Positions 50,425-62,162 of a DNA stretch of 64,000 nucleotides are shown here, in pieces (the first letter of the stretch is position 1; every line of letters starts with the position of its first letter). This stretch comes from Octopus sinensis (lineage: Eukaryota): NCBI RefSeq assembly GCF_006345805.1, contig NC_042999.1, positions 33,976,001 through 34,040,000 on the forward strand, read 5' to 3'. The translations under genes were made by a program, and so were the position numbers. The notes beneath the pieces were generated by a model that was given only the letters and a program-made list of their open reading frames with translations, searched no databases and was not told the origin of the DNA.

Positions 50425-51240
50425 AATCTAAACATTCTAAATTTCATGGATCACTGAAACAGATGTGCAAATCCTGGAAAAAGAGATCAATTTACTTGTT
50501 AATACAGTTAAAGATATTTATTACACTAAAATGCGCTTCTTTAACCATGTGATGAAAGTAGTGAGCACTTTTAAATGAGTAAATGTATGACAGAACGGAT
50601 TTTAGTTGCTGACGACAATAGATAACATTATCTAAGCATACTCGATGATATTGTGCATGCGGAAATGAAGTACAAAGTGAAAATAATATATCCGAAAGGA
50701 TGAACGTATTGAAGTGTAAACATAAATCAATGCATTTATCCGATCAACACATGGATGGTTGCCGCCGCACGTTATAGTTCTGGAGCAGCAAATAGCACGA
50801 AAGGTGAAAAGAATGCATTACACAGACAAGAAAACAACAAGAAAAATCCCTAAGTATGCATGAAAGAATTCGTCCAAAGGCAAATTTCTCTGATTTATAC
50901 ATGAAACGCAATATTGGTGGTAAAGGATTTATTATCATTTCTGTTTGTGTGAATAGAAGAGAAAAATCAATAAACCACTAACTTCCAAAGTGGGAAGAAA
51001 CAATTTAATGTAATTTAACAGAACTAGGTTTTATTGGACGTGAAGTGTTGAACGTAATGCGAAGAAATCATAATTTGTGAAAGAGAGGAAGTGCTAGAAG
51101 AAATGAAATTAGATGGACAGCTGCACAAATACATCAAGAATTTAAAAAGTCATGAGTCATCGTAAGATTAGATCCGGAGTTTAGATTCAAAGATAGAAAC
51201 TGAGATTGTTAATGACTGCTAGAGATCAACTCCTAGGCAA
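50425..51240 (+). mobile_element. R4/Dong-type LINE RT/thumb relic
   Basis: FMDH (degenerate FMDD), EKEINLLVNTVK, HYLSILDD..EMKYKVK, INTWMVAAARYSSG, KTTRKSLSMH..RPKAN..LYMKRNIGGKG, KLDGQ; frameshifted. Confidence 0.75.
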
Positions 51241-51261
51241 TAATTTCAGTGAGTAGCGAAT

Positions 51262-51420
51262 ATTTATTCCACCTTTTACCCGGCTACGTAAATGGTTCCA
51301 CCGCGGAAAATTCCACCACGGACAATTCTACCAGATAAATTTCACCATAGGTAAATTCCACCACAGGTATTACACCATGGTAAATTCCACCTGCTAATAA
51401 TCACCGTGGTCAGTTTCTCT
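51262..51420 (+). repeat. array of ~15-bp subrepeats, consensus GGWAAATTCCACCAY
   Basis: About 9 degenerate units, e.g. GGAAAATTCCACCAC, GGACAATTCTACCA, GGTAAATTCCACCAC. Confidence 0.8.
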
Positions 51421-51799
51421 AGGCCGTGCGTCAATACCTATGTTATTAGAAGAGAGACAGAGAGAGAGAGAGAGAGTGTGTGTGTGTGTGTGCGTGTGTG
51501 CCTGAAGGTGAGATAGAATATGATCTTTATTATCTACTTGAATAAGATGGTATCACATTATTGTACGCCCATCGAGCAAGAATCTATGAAAATGACTCAT
51601 CACAAATTTTCAAGAATTATATAATTTGGGATAAAGAAAGTAACGATTAAATTTTAGCATATATTTTATTATAAGAATGAGATCAAAATTAACAGCGAGT
51701 ACATTGTAAAGTAGGGTTAGGTCAAGAATGTTTAATTTATCTAATAAAAAAGTCTTAAGACAAATTGTATGCAAACTTCCATTAAAATTTCAGATGGTT

Positions 51800-54660
51800 T
51801 TCATTTTGATATTCCTGAACTCGTCTCTTTATTCGTGCAGCGATAATTGGATAGGTTTTTCTGCATCCCAGTTCACGCGGTATGCCCCTTGAAACCTCCA
51901 GCTTCCGCAATAATGAGTCGAGTACCGGTTTGCAGAGGTGTGAGAGTGGGCATCCTTGACCTCTTTGCTAACACCTAGGTTTAAATATTGTAATCTGTAT
52001 GTAGCAGGGTTACCGGTCTAAAGTTATCAACAACGTCTTCCTTGTTCAGATCCTTTTTCAGTAGCTTCACCATACCTCGGCTCACAGTCCCGGGTATTCT
52101 ACCATTCTTCCAATTGCGGTAGATGTCTACAAAAAGCTCACCAAATAAGTCTGACATGTATATAAAGCTCGAATGGCAGACCATCCAATCCTGGACACCT
52201 CTCCCTCGTGTATATAGCCAACGCATCAACTACACTTTCAGATGTTATCGGAATTTCGCAGAACTCGGCGTTGCTGGCCGAAAGCCGCGGCTTGCCAACA
52301 AGATAGGAAGTGCAGTTCACGTCCACGCCCCGGCTTCGTGCACCCCGTAGAGTTCAGTAAAGTTCGTTGAGATTCCGCACAAATCTGCCCTGACTCGTGT
52401 AGCAAGCACCCATCCCGATCTGTCAAAGACCGAATTGTTTTGTTTTTTTTATTATTACCACGTTGCACCTTGGTTACACGAGCCAATCAAACGGTGTTCG
52501 TTCGTCTCTGCTTAGAAGCGCTGTCCCTAGCTCTAAAAAGTTAACATTCAAGCTTGGTGCTGAAGAATTTTTCCAGAACCAATCTCGCTGTCAGTACGTC
52601 CGTCCCAATGCCTCTTCTAATTTCCTAACTAGGTTTCCTTCTACTCTAGTCTTCTCTATCGCTTGTTCTCTGTTAAATTCTATAGCTTGTATTCTAATCG
52701 CTCGTTTTAGGCCCCTGCCCCACCATCAGTTGTTGACAACTGCACCCGTCAACTTTTGATGGCCTAAATTGTTAAGCTGGTCTCTGAAAGCTTGACGCGC
52801 CGGGAAGGATGCGCTCATCTTTCAGTATCCGGGTCCCTGCCTATGGAGACAATCTAGGTCAACCGTATAAATTTGTGGTATGTGTAGTTGACAAATTCGA
52901 ATTGTGGACAACCGATGCTGTTCCTATCTGCTGGCCTACAAACTACCCTAACTAGATAAGATCTGGATAACCCGACACCGCTTATACATGGCCACACTGG
53001 AGTTTTCGGGAAATCCAGTCTGAACGTGTCCCCAAGCTGAAAACGGCTGACGAGGTTTGCGAGGCTTGCGCACCCCCTTTCCTATCGGCTAGCCTCGGCC
53101 AGTCATCACGTGCATCCAAAATTGAGCTCCAATCGCCACTAACACTACAGTGCGAGACATCCCTAGAAAGGCCTCCAGGCGTTTGAAGGTCTCCAGCTGT
53201 CCCGCTCCAGTCGATGCGTACACTGTGACTAGTCTAAAAGCCCGTGAGTTCGCGATCCTCGTCTCACTGACGGCTATTACATCTAGACTTAACCACATGT
53301 GGTCGTTGCGCAAGCGTCCTGGCTTCCACGACGGCCCCAGTCCACTTCTACCTTAACTGTCAAATTTGCTTGCCATTGGGTTCATCTTCTGCTTCTATTC
53401 TCCTGCCTTTCTATTGTTGTTGTTGTTGTTTTCGTCGAATTCTGGCTTGTGGTGCTTTCGCTTGGACATTTCTTTCCGCCCCTCCGTTGTGGCTTCGTGG
53501 GCAGAAAAAGCGTAAGTTTCCCGATGAAACACAATCGTGGCTTCTCAGCATTCTGCCCTCGACGTTCACCCTTAGTTCTACTCGAAATCAGGTCTGGGAC
53601 TTTCTTTAACTGCTGTCTTCCCGTGGAGAATAACCTACAAGGCAGTCCCAACCTAATTCTCCCTCCTGGATCGTTGAGATTTTCTCCCCTGTTCGTACAA
53701 ATACAGGCGAGAATCCACCGTAAATCCATGTCTGATGGGACACCTTGTATTTTAGTTCGTACCGCCCTTCTTCCCATATACGTTGGAAAGCGGGTGATAT
53801 CATCGATGCGACGCGTGTTCACCGCGCTTCTTATCACCTGCCCCTGGTTTTAAAAAGGGTCTCTACTCAGCCAGACTGCTTTGCTCTCGCAGTGGATATC
53901 CTGCCATATGTCTTTCAAGGTTTTTTCCACCGGGTCGTGTTTAGCACTTTTGAGTTTCCTTGTCTTTGTGTTCAAGCACCTGTAGATCACTATCAGTTTG
54001 GCTGTAGCTTCGAGCAAGTCTGTTGGAGGTGTCAATTCATCCCTCCTACCATTCATTTTTATATGTTTTGCTGCCTTGTTTAGCTTTTCTATTTTTCTCC
54101 AATGAGGTGTTAACCAATTCCTTAGCTGCCGTGATATTTGCAAAAGTCTCTTTTTCTCCTCTAACTCCATTTTTGATAGCCTCTTCGTAGCATCGCAATC
54201 GCAATTCCTTTCAATGTTGTTGTTCGTGCTACTACAATTTCCATGTAATGAGAAATACTTTATTCCTCTTCCTCTCGCCTTCTTTCTGCTTTTCATCTTT
54301 CTTCTTTTCTTCACTCTTCTTCTTCTTCTTCTTCTTCTTCTTCTTCTTCTTCTTCTTCTTCTTCTTCTTCTTCTTCTCCTTCTTCTTCGACTTCTTCCTT
54401 CTTTTCCTCCCGCTGTTTACTGTCAATTATGGTGGGGAGAAGGGGAAGGCTTCGTGCAAGTTGCCGTACCACCTTCCTTCCTCACTCCCGCTTTTTCGTC
54501 GTCATCTTCAATGTTTACTTCCACCAAAGCAAATTTTTGGAAAACATTTTAAAACACAAAGGTTTGTACCCCCCGCCCCAAATGGGAATTTCGTAAACAA
54601 AACGTCTGCACCCGAAGGGCAAATAGCTTGCAAAACGATTTAAACAACAAAAGAGTGTAT
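51800..54660 (-). mobile_element. L1/Tx1-like LINE: 5'UTR, ORF1, APE endonuclease and partial RT, with internal deletions
   Basis: ORF1 (PTYMGRRAVRTKIQGVPSDMDLRW). EN: LDVIAVSETRI..FRLVTVYAS..LEAFLG..VVLV. RT: RCPGLDGLPFELY..DNFRPVTLLHTDYNI..VLAKR, then GCPLSHL..LLRKLE. Confidence 0.88.
54310..54392. repeat. (TTC)n inside the LINE ORF1 5' region
   Basis: Directly visible. Confidence 0.95.
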
Positions 54661-54726
54661 AGGACCTTTTTTTAAATAAGTTAATTATTCAAAAAATTAC
54701 AGCGCTCTAAAACACACCTCCAGCTA

Positions 54727-54763
54727 TGGCAACAACAACAACAACAACAACAATAATAATAAT

Positions 54764-54798
<35 letters not shown>

Positions 54799-54841
54799 TA
54801 ATAATAATAATGATAATAATAATAATAATAATAATATTAAT

Positions 54842-54903
<62 letters not shown>

Positions 54904-54923
54904 TAATAATAATAATAATGATG

Positions 54924-55009
<86 letters not shown>
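54727..55009. repeat. (AAC)n(AAT)n tract
   Basis: Directly visible. Confidence 0.96.
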
Positions 55010-55010
<1 letters not shown>

Positions 55011-55541
55011 CCCTGATGCAGCACTAGGCAGTGGCTTTCATGATTTCTGATCTTAACTGATTGGAAGTGTCATCATTTACATTGTTTTGCTTTGGTATAA
55101 AAGATGGTCTAAGCAAATACTCAGATTTGCTTGTCAGTTGTTTCACCATAACTAGTTGACCATGTCCCTTAGTGGCTGACGATATGTGCATCTCTGATCA
55201 CGAGCAGAAGTAGTGGGGGAGCATCATAGCCATGTTTTGAGAGGGATTCTTTGGGGTTTGACTAATTAACCTCTGGAAGCATGGGTGTTTCGTTCAACAT
55301 CCTTAAGCAACCCTTATTCAGGGACATTTTGAGTGGGATGTGTTACTCGCCCAGAAGAAAATTCTAACTGGGCACCACCTGCAAGGTCATGTGTTGTTTA
55401 TCTTGATATGAGATCGCCATGTCGCGCACATATGGTTGCGGTGCATGTGCCTAGTGTATCCTTATCAGACGGGTAGTCATAATGGGTATACTGGGCTTCG
55501 TATATTTTACCCCAGTGTCGCTTTGATGGCACGCACTGCTC

Positions 55542-55542
<1 letters not shown>
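55010..55542 (+). mobile_element. ~530-bp non-coding (AAT)n-embedded element, copy 3
   Basis: Same start (AAT|GCCCTGATGCAG) as copy 1 and collinear to GCACTGCTCT; (AAT)n on both sides. Confidence 0.87.
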
Positions 55543-55584
<42 letters not shown>

Positions 55585-55585
55585 G

Positions 55586-55782
55586 TCCTTTCTACTAAAA
55601 GCACAAGGCCTCAAAATTTTGAGGAGAGGACTAGTCGATTACATCGACCCCAACGTTACATTTGTAATATAATTATCGACCCGGAAAGAATGAAAGGCAT
55701 AGTCGATCTCGGCGGAATTTGAACTCAAAATCTAAAGACGGATGAAATGCCGCTAGGCATTTTCCCCGGCGTACTAATGACT
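55586..55782 (-). mobile_element. SINE family B
   Basis: Minus strand GAGTTCAAATTCCGCCGAGATCGACTATGCCTTTCATTCTTTCCGGGTCGATAA..GGCCTTGTGC..TAGTAGAAAGGA, then (TTA)n. Confidence 0.8.
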
Positions 55783-55829
55783 ACAACTGCAACAACACTA
55801 ACATCTTTAAATGAATGACAGAAAATCCT

Positions 55830-56950
55830 TTATCAAGGACAAACTCCAGCTGATAAACCTACTGGGGTTCTCCATGAATCCAGCTGTCCAATATATGAAC
55901 ACACAGATGAGTTTAGCGTAATGGCCCAATGTTATTCCACGAAAGTAAATAAAAATAACTATAATTGAGATCAGACACTGCTCTCAAATATTAAGCCACA
56001 GAGACACTCACAAATAGCTAAGAGTTAATGAAATTCAAAAATCACCACGACACAATGAAAGGCAAAATTAGGAAAGTGCAACAAAATAATTACAATAATG
56101 CTCAATGTATAGAATTAAGGTAGTATACATAAATGCGGTGCTAAACGAGGCATGTACTGTGTTTTCAAAAAATTAAGTGGAACTTAAGTGAAATGAAGTG
56201 TTACTTCATTTATAGAGGTATTTGGAAAGGAACTGTCTAAACTTAATATAAATTGTATATATCTACCCAGTATAAAAGTATGACGAAGTTTGAAACAAAA
56301 TGATGATTACTATAACATAATATGGATGAGAACAACACAATAATTAAAAGGTAATTAACAAAGAACTGATTGAAATAATAATGAGTCATGAAGAAAATGG
56401 AGACTGTTGTTTTCAATATAATAAAACAAAGAAATACAAAAGAGAAGTATAGCATACTAATTAGAAGAAATAGATAAGGCAAAAAGAAATATAAAGGAGT
56501 CAATGATATATACAGACAATACGTCATTGGAAAATATACTATACAACAAATGGAGACAAAAGGAATCACTCTCGGCGAATATTCTTCAGAATTTGATGAA
56601 GTTAAAGGTAAGCCAAACTAGAGTATATATCTTAGACTCCATGAAAGTTGACAGTCAGATTTTAGTAGCGCATGATCAATGCCGCGCCATAATGAAACTA
56701 CGAATCAGACTGAAACAAGATGCAAGCGAGTGCTGTATGTACAGTCAGTACAATGAAACATTTGTCCACGTACTTTCTGGATGCCCAATGGCTGAAAATT
56801 CATTCACGACCGGATGGGAAGCTCTGTCTAATAAGAGCTATACCGATATTTTATTTTTATGTGAACGTGGCACAAGATTGTACTAAACATGGTGAATAGC
56901 TATGATCCGCCTATTATAATCTGGTCGAAGGCCGACAGGAACTTAAATGT
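55830..56950 (+). mobile_element. old R4/Dong-type LINE relic
   Basis: ORF 56503-56886 contains NKWRQK..VDSQILVAHDQC..ECCMYSQYNETFVHVLSGCP (AAQDQ plus CCHC knuckle remnant). The upstream part is weaker. Confidence 0.6.
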
Positions 56951-57094
56951 AAACCCACCAGGTAGTAGAAATGTTTTTATCCCTCATAACAACGCAATTC
57001 TGAAGAAATTTAAAAAGCTGCCAAATCCCTAGCTATGTGGGTGGGTGTTGTGTAGAAAAGTAAATCACTACCAATGATAAAATGAAATATTGAT

Positions 57095-57205
57095 AATTCT
57101 AACATAAGCTCAAGGCCTTGAAGTTGACCTGATTTCAAGTCAGAACATAACGAATTGAACCAGAACATTTTGCCCAACGCTGTAACAGTTCTGCCAATTC
57201 CTTCT
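57095..57205 (-). mobile_element. SINE family B relic, internally deleted
   Basis: AATTCTAACATAAGCTCAAGGCCTTGAA joined to GATTTCAAGTCAGAAC..GTAACAGTTCTGCCA. Confidence 0.45.
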
Positions 57206-57522
57206 CTTAATTTGGTTCCTAATGATTATTTCTAATTTAAATAGATTATCAGAAAGTTTTCAAGGATATTAGTAGATTACATCAACCCATGTATTTTACA
57301 GAAATGTTCGTTTATGGTTTATGAATCTCTAACCAATCCATCACCCTTGCTGTATCATTAATGATTTATGGGAAAAAATTTTTAAGATACCTGTGGTTAC
57401 AGCCTAGAGAATCTTTAAATACGTTAGTGAAACTTAACACCGAAAAATTTATTTCGTAGCGATATTTTAGTGTTCAATTGGACGAGTCGATATCGCGACT
57501 TGTAGAATAGCAACTCTTGGAG

Positions 57523-57917
57523 TACTCTTTTACTTGTTTCAGTCATTTGACTGCCTTTAGTCGAGCAAATCGACCACGGGACTTATTCTTTGTAAGCCCA
57601 GTACTTATTCTATCGGTCTCTTTTGCCGAACCGCTAAGTGGCGGGGGCGTAAACACACCAGCATCGGTTGTGAAGCAATGCTAGGGGGACAAACACAGAC
57701 ACACAAACATATACACACACACTCATATATATATATATATATATTCATATATACGACAGGCTTCTTTCAGTTTCCGTCTACCAAATCCACTCACAAGGCA
57801 TTGGTCGGCCCGGGGCTATAGCAGAAGACACTTGCCCAAGATGCCACGCAGTGGGACTGAACCCGGAACCATGTGGCTGGTTAGCAAGCTACTTACCACA
57901 CAGCCACTCCTGCGCCT
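57523..57917 (-). mobile_element. SINE family A, full length
   Basis: Near-identical in organisation to 8271-8679. Confidence 0.93.
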
Positions 57918-58586
57918 ACATTATAAGCAAAGAACTTTAGTACATAAGCCACTTTATCACATCATTTCTCAAAAATGACTATAATCAACTTGGACCTATT
58001 ATACACAAGTGACAAAACACAAAAATTTTGCACAAGGAGCGACAAATCAAATATCACAGCAAAGCAAGTTGAAGCTCGGTTATCGACAAAATTCTGCTTC
58101 CGCAAAAGTTAATGCCGCAGATATTTCATGTATGTGAAGAATGCCTCTTTAAAAGATATGATAATGTTTCAGATAAGCACATGTTCAGAAGATTAAAGAG
58201 TGGGTTTAGTGCTTTTTTTATTTCGTCTGTTTTAAAAAAGGGAGGACGTGATTTGAACTTAGGCTATAAATAATAAAGATGGAATACAACTTGCAATTTT
58301 GCCAGTCGTTCTATCGAGTCGCCCAATTCAACACTAAACCATCAATGCGAAATAAATTGTTCAATGTTAAGTTTGCCTTTCTTTACTATTCAATAGATTT
58401 AATATTTAACTTATGGACATAATACCAATATAAAGAATTTGTAAATTCAAAAGCTGATTCGCTATACAGGAGCATCATTTTTAACCCCCAATGAACTATT
58501 GACGTAGCGTATTCAAACGTAAATTGTACATAAATATTATTTTGCATTATGTGGCATAAATGCGTTGCCCGTAGATAATTCACTAC

Positions 58587-58922
58587 GCGTGCAGGTATGG
58601 GTGTGCGGTAAGCAGTTTGCTTCCCAACCTGATAGTTCCAGGTTATACATTAGCCTCAGATCGACCCAAGACTTGTGAACAAAAACTGAAAGCAGCCTGT
58701 CGTATATATCTCTGTATGAATACGTATCTTTGTGACTGTGTATGACTACCGCTAACAACGAGCCTTTGGTATATTTACGCCCCCGTAACTTAACAGTTCA
58801 GTAAAAGAACCGATAAGGACCAGGCTTAAAAAGTTAAGTACTATGGTCGATTCTTTAAACTAAAATTCTTCATGACATTGCTTGAACATGGCCGCGATGT
58901 AATGACAGAATCAATAAAAGAT
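58587..58922 (+). mobile_element. SINE family A, diverged with deletions
   Basis: GCAGGTATGGGTGTGCGGTAAGCAGTTTGCTTCCCAACC..AAACTGAAAGCAGCCTGTCGTATAT..TTTACGCCCCGTAACTTAACAGTTC..AACATGGCCGC. Confidence 0.75.
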
Positions 58923-59587
58923 GAAGGTGAAGGGTTCAGTTTATATATTTCCCTTGAGCAGAAGAGATTGTTATCATTTGGCATACTGCAGGGACATTTT
59001 ATTGAATTGAATCAAAAGCGCAATTCAAATAATCTCACCACCTTTTGAAAAAAAAAAACGAAGATCCCCAAACTTATATCCTCACCATAATGCAACGTGA
59101 TATAACAGCAGTAGATTGAGGCTTTGTAGGATGCTATTCAACTGTAAATTGGCTTATAAACAAAACAGATACACTAGGTACGCGCAACCTATAATGTTTA
59201 CATTATTAAAGCTGTTTTAATTCGAAACTATACACACACATACACACACACATCGGCAGAAATTGACTAGGTATAGTTTAACAGAAACAGTGAAATAATA
59301 CAACATTCGACCCATCGAATGCTGACTGTATACGGTCGATTTGTAAAAAATACATCGTATTAGCAGCCAACAATTCAACCTATCAATGGAGCCAGGCGTA
59401 CAGTAAGTGTAAAATATTAAACCACAGCTGGTGTCTGAATCAGCCCAAACTGTCTCCGCAGAAATTATTCAATGTTGTCGGGGAATATTACGTAATATTA
59501 TGCAAATCCATCATTTTGAGGGATAATTTTAAAGAGTCAGCCTGGGACATAGTTTAAGCTATGTTCCTGGTTGGCTGTTTAACATTT

Positions 59588-59688
59588 ATATATATATATG
59601 TGTGAGTGTGTGTGTGTGTGTGGTGTGTGTGTGTGTGCGTGCGTGTGTATGTGTGTGTGTGTGTGTGTGCATGTGTGTGTGTGTGTAT
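59588..59688. repeat. (TA)n(TG)n
   Basis: Directly visible. Confidence 0.95.
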
Positions 59689-59888
59689 GAGGCATATTCT
59701 GATTGAATGATCTATGTGCTGATATCTACCTCTTCACGACAATTGAAACTTTCATTTAATCAAGATATCCTTAGCTTGAAGAGTAGCTTGCGGTTTACAC
59801 CTCGCTTGGATATTTACCATTTCCGGTTTCCACTCGCTATGAAACATATGAAGCCCGTTTCTTATCTATCCCATTCCTTAACACCTGC

Positions 59889-59893
<5 letters not shown>

Positions 59894-59980
<87 letters not shown>

Positions 59981-60007
59981 TAGGAAGAGAGAGAGAGAAA
60001 GAGAGAA

Positions 60008-60051
<44 letters not shown>

Positions 60052-60069
60052 ATAGATAGATGGACAGAC

Positions 60070-60143
<74 letters not shown>

Positions 60144-60161
60144 ATAGATAGATGGACAGAC

Positions 60162-60257
<96 letters not shown>
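59894..60257. repeat. (TA)n(GA)n(GATA)n compound tract
   Basis: Directly visible. Confidence 0.96.
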
Positions 60258-62057
60258 GTAGGGAGGTGAGTGAAATCACTGAAATTATGGTTGGGAAGAT
60301 AAATTTCAACTCAAGTTGAAGAAATCGTGACATCGGTTGATGAAGATGATTTTATCAAATTAGAATTCGTGATTATTTCAATATTTTAAGCACTTACTTA
60401 CTCTTCAGATTATAAGCATTAAATCTTGCGTGCTCTCTGCGTGTGTGGGTATAAACAAGACAGTCTGTTCCTTGATTAATCTCTTTCAATTAACATAATA
60501 CCTTGATTTAACGAGGAAATATCTATTGAATAGAATATTTAATTGAACACATATTCAAAAATTCCGTACACCTGACGGGTACGTTTCAGGGCTGGGACTG
60601 CTTCTGCCATAGGTTCTGCTAACGTCGGAAGCTTTATAAATGTTGCTTACGCTTCGAATCTCTTTCTTGGTACAGTTGAGACGTTGGAGACTTGTTTTGT
60701 TTTCTCAACTTTTGCTTTCCTTTGAAACACTAAAATGATCTTGGATTGTTATTTCCTTAATGAATTCTGTCCTTTCGTTTCAAAGATGAAAGGTAATTTC
60801 AGTTGGCATTGTACCCAAAAGTATGCCTTCTCACCAACTCGAAACTATAAGTAGAATATCGTAGGCTAAATAGTGCCCCTGGATAATATAATCTATGTAA
60901 CTAAAGATTTCAAGCTGAACATCCTTTAGAACCCATGCTATATATTAATGCAAAAATATGTAATTTCCTTCATTAGGAAAACTATTTAGACGCGACGACA
61001 ATTAAGTCTGTAGGGGAATTATACTGTGTTAATAAATATCATTAACATAAAATTTGAACCTGAAGGCGTTTCTGAAAAAGAACTTTGTACAGATCTCCTT
61101 TCAAGTAGTATTGGAAAATTCTTCATAAGAAAATAAAGATATGGACTGGTAAATTGACTAGATTATTCCAGGTAAACAAACCGATAAATACAGGTTTTAT
61201 GGGGAATAAAATAAAGAGGGTTCTAGATATTTTACTGACATGTTTATGGTTTCCGCACTGGCGGATACGTCTATGATTTTCAGGAACAAAAAAAAATTTC
61301 CATGTACCGCAAGGACAAAGAAAAGGAATCAACTCCTCACAAGAAAATCTGCCTGCTATAGAATAAGAACAAATACTTACTTATAGAACTGAACGTATTT
61401 AGGTTGGCTCATTGAAATGATTCTGAAGAAACTAAGAGAAGAAATGCAAAATAATACTGGCGAAAAATAAGAAAAGATGCTACGTAAAATTTGTGAGGGT
61501 AAAAACATCATCTCAGTAGTGTTTACATGTAATAATGTTCATTGTAATGTATTACAAATTGACTCTCAACAGATAATTTAGGAGTTGCATATATTTGCAT
61601 TTCTAAAGTATGGCTAATCTGCGGTACGCGGAATTTTTTTTTTATTTTTGCTCCTGAAAATCATAGACGTACCCACCAATGCAGGATACTATAATTTTTT
61701 GCAAGTAAAATGTTTAGAACTTGGTATAGTCTATTCCCCATACAACCTGTATTTATGAGTTGGTTTACCTGGAATAACCTTGTCAACTTACTAGTCCCTA
61801 TTTTTTTTATTTGAATCTGACTGTTAGAAACATGGAAATACCTACGAAACGATAGGTGCAGAAGTTGAAAGTAAATTGCATATTGACCGTTGCGTGTGTG
61901 TAGTTTCTTTGGGTGTTTATATTTTCGTCTCAGCTACGGATGTATATGTGATAGTTACGCTGTTACACATTTTTGTGTAATATTCTAAACAGGGTTATAA
62001 CTGTCATATAAAATTACGTATTCGTGATAAAAGCATATATCATGTCGGCTATCCGTA

Positions 62058-62162
62058 ACTCTGCCAGTATATAAAATTTTATATACTCTGCCAGTATATA
62101 AAATTTTATATACTCTGCCAGTATATAACATTTTATATACTCTGCCAGCATATAAAATTTTA
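62058..62162. repeat. 27-bp minisatellite, ~4 units, with an internal 22-bp palindrome
   Basis: Unit ACTCTGCCAGTATATAAAATTTTATAT starting at 62058, 62085, 62112 and 62139. Confidence 0.95.

Noticed and set aside
59730-59860. Possible mariner relic (LHDN..DI..DFH-like traces)
   Set aside because: It needs several assumed frameshifts, and no TIR or other motif supports it.
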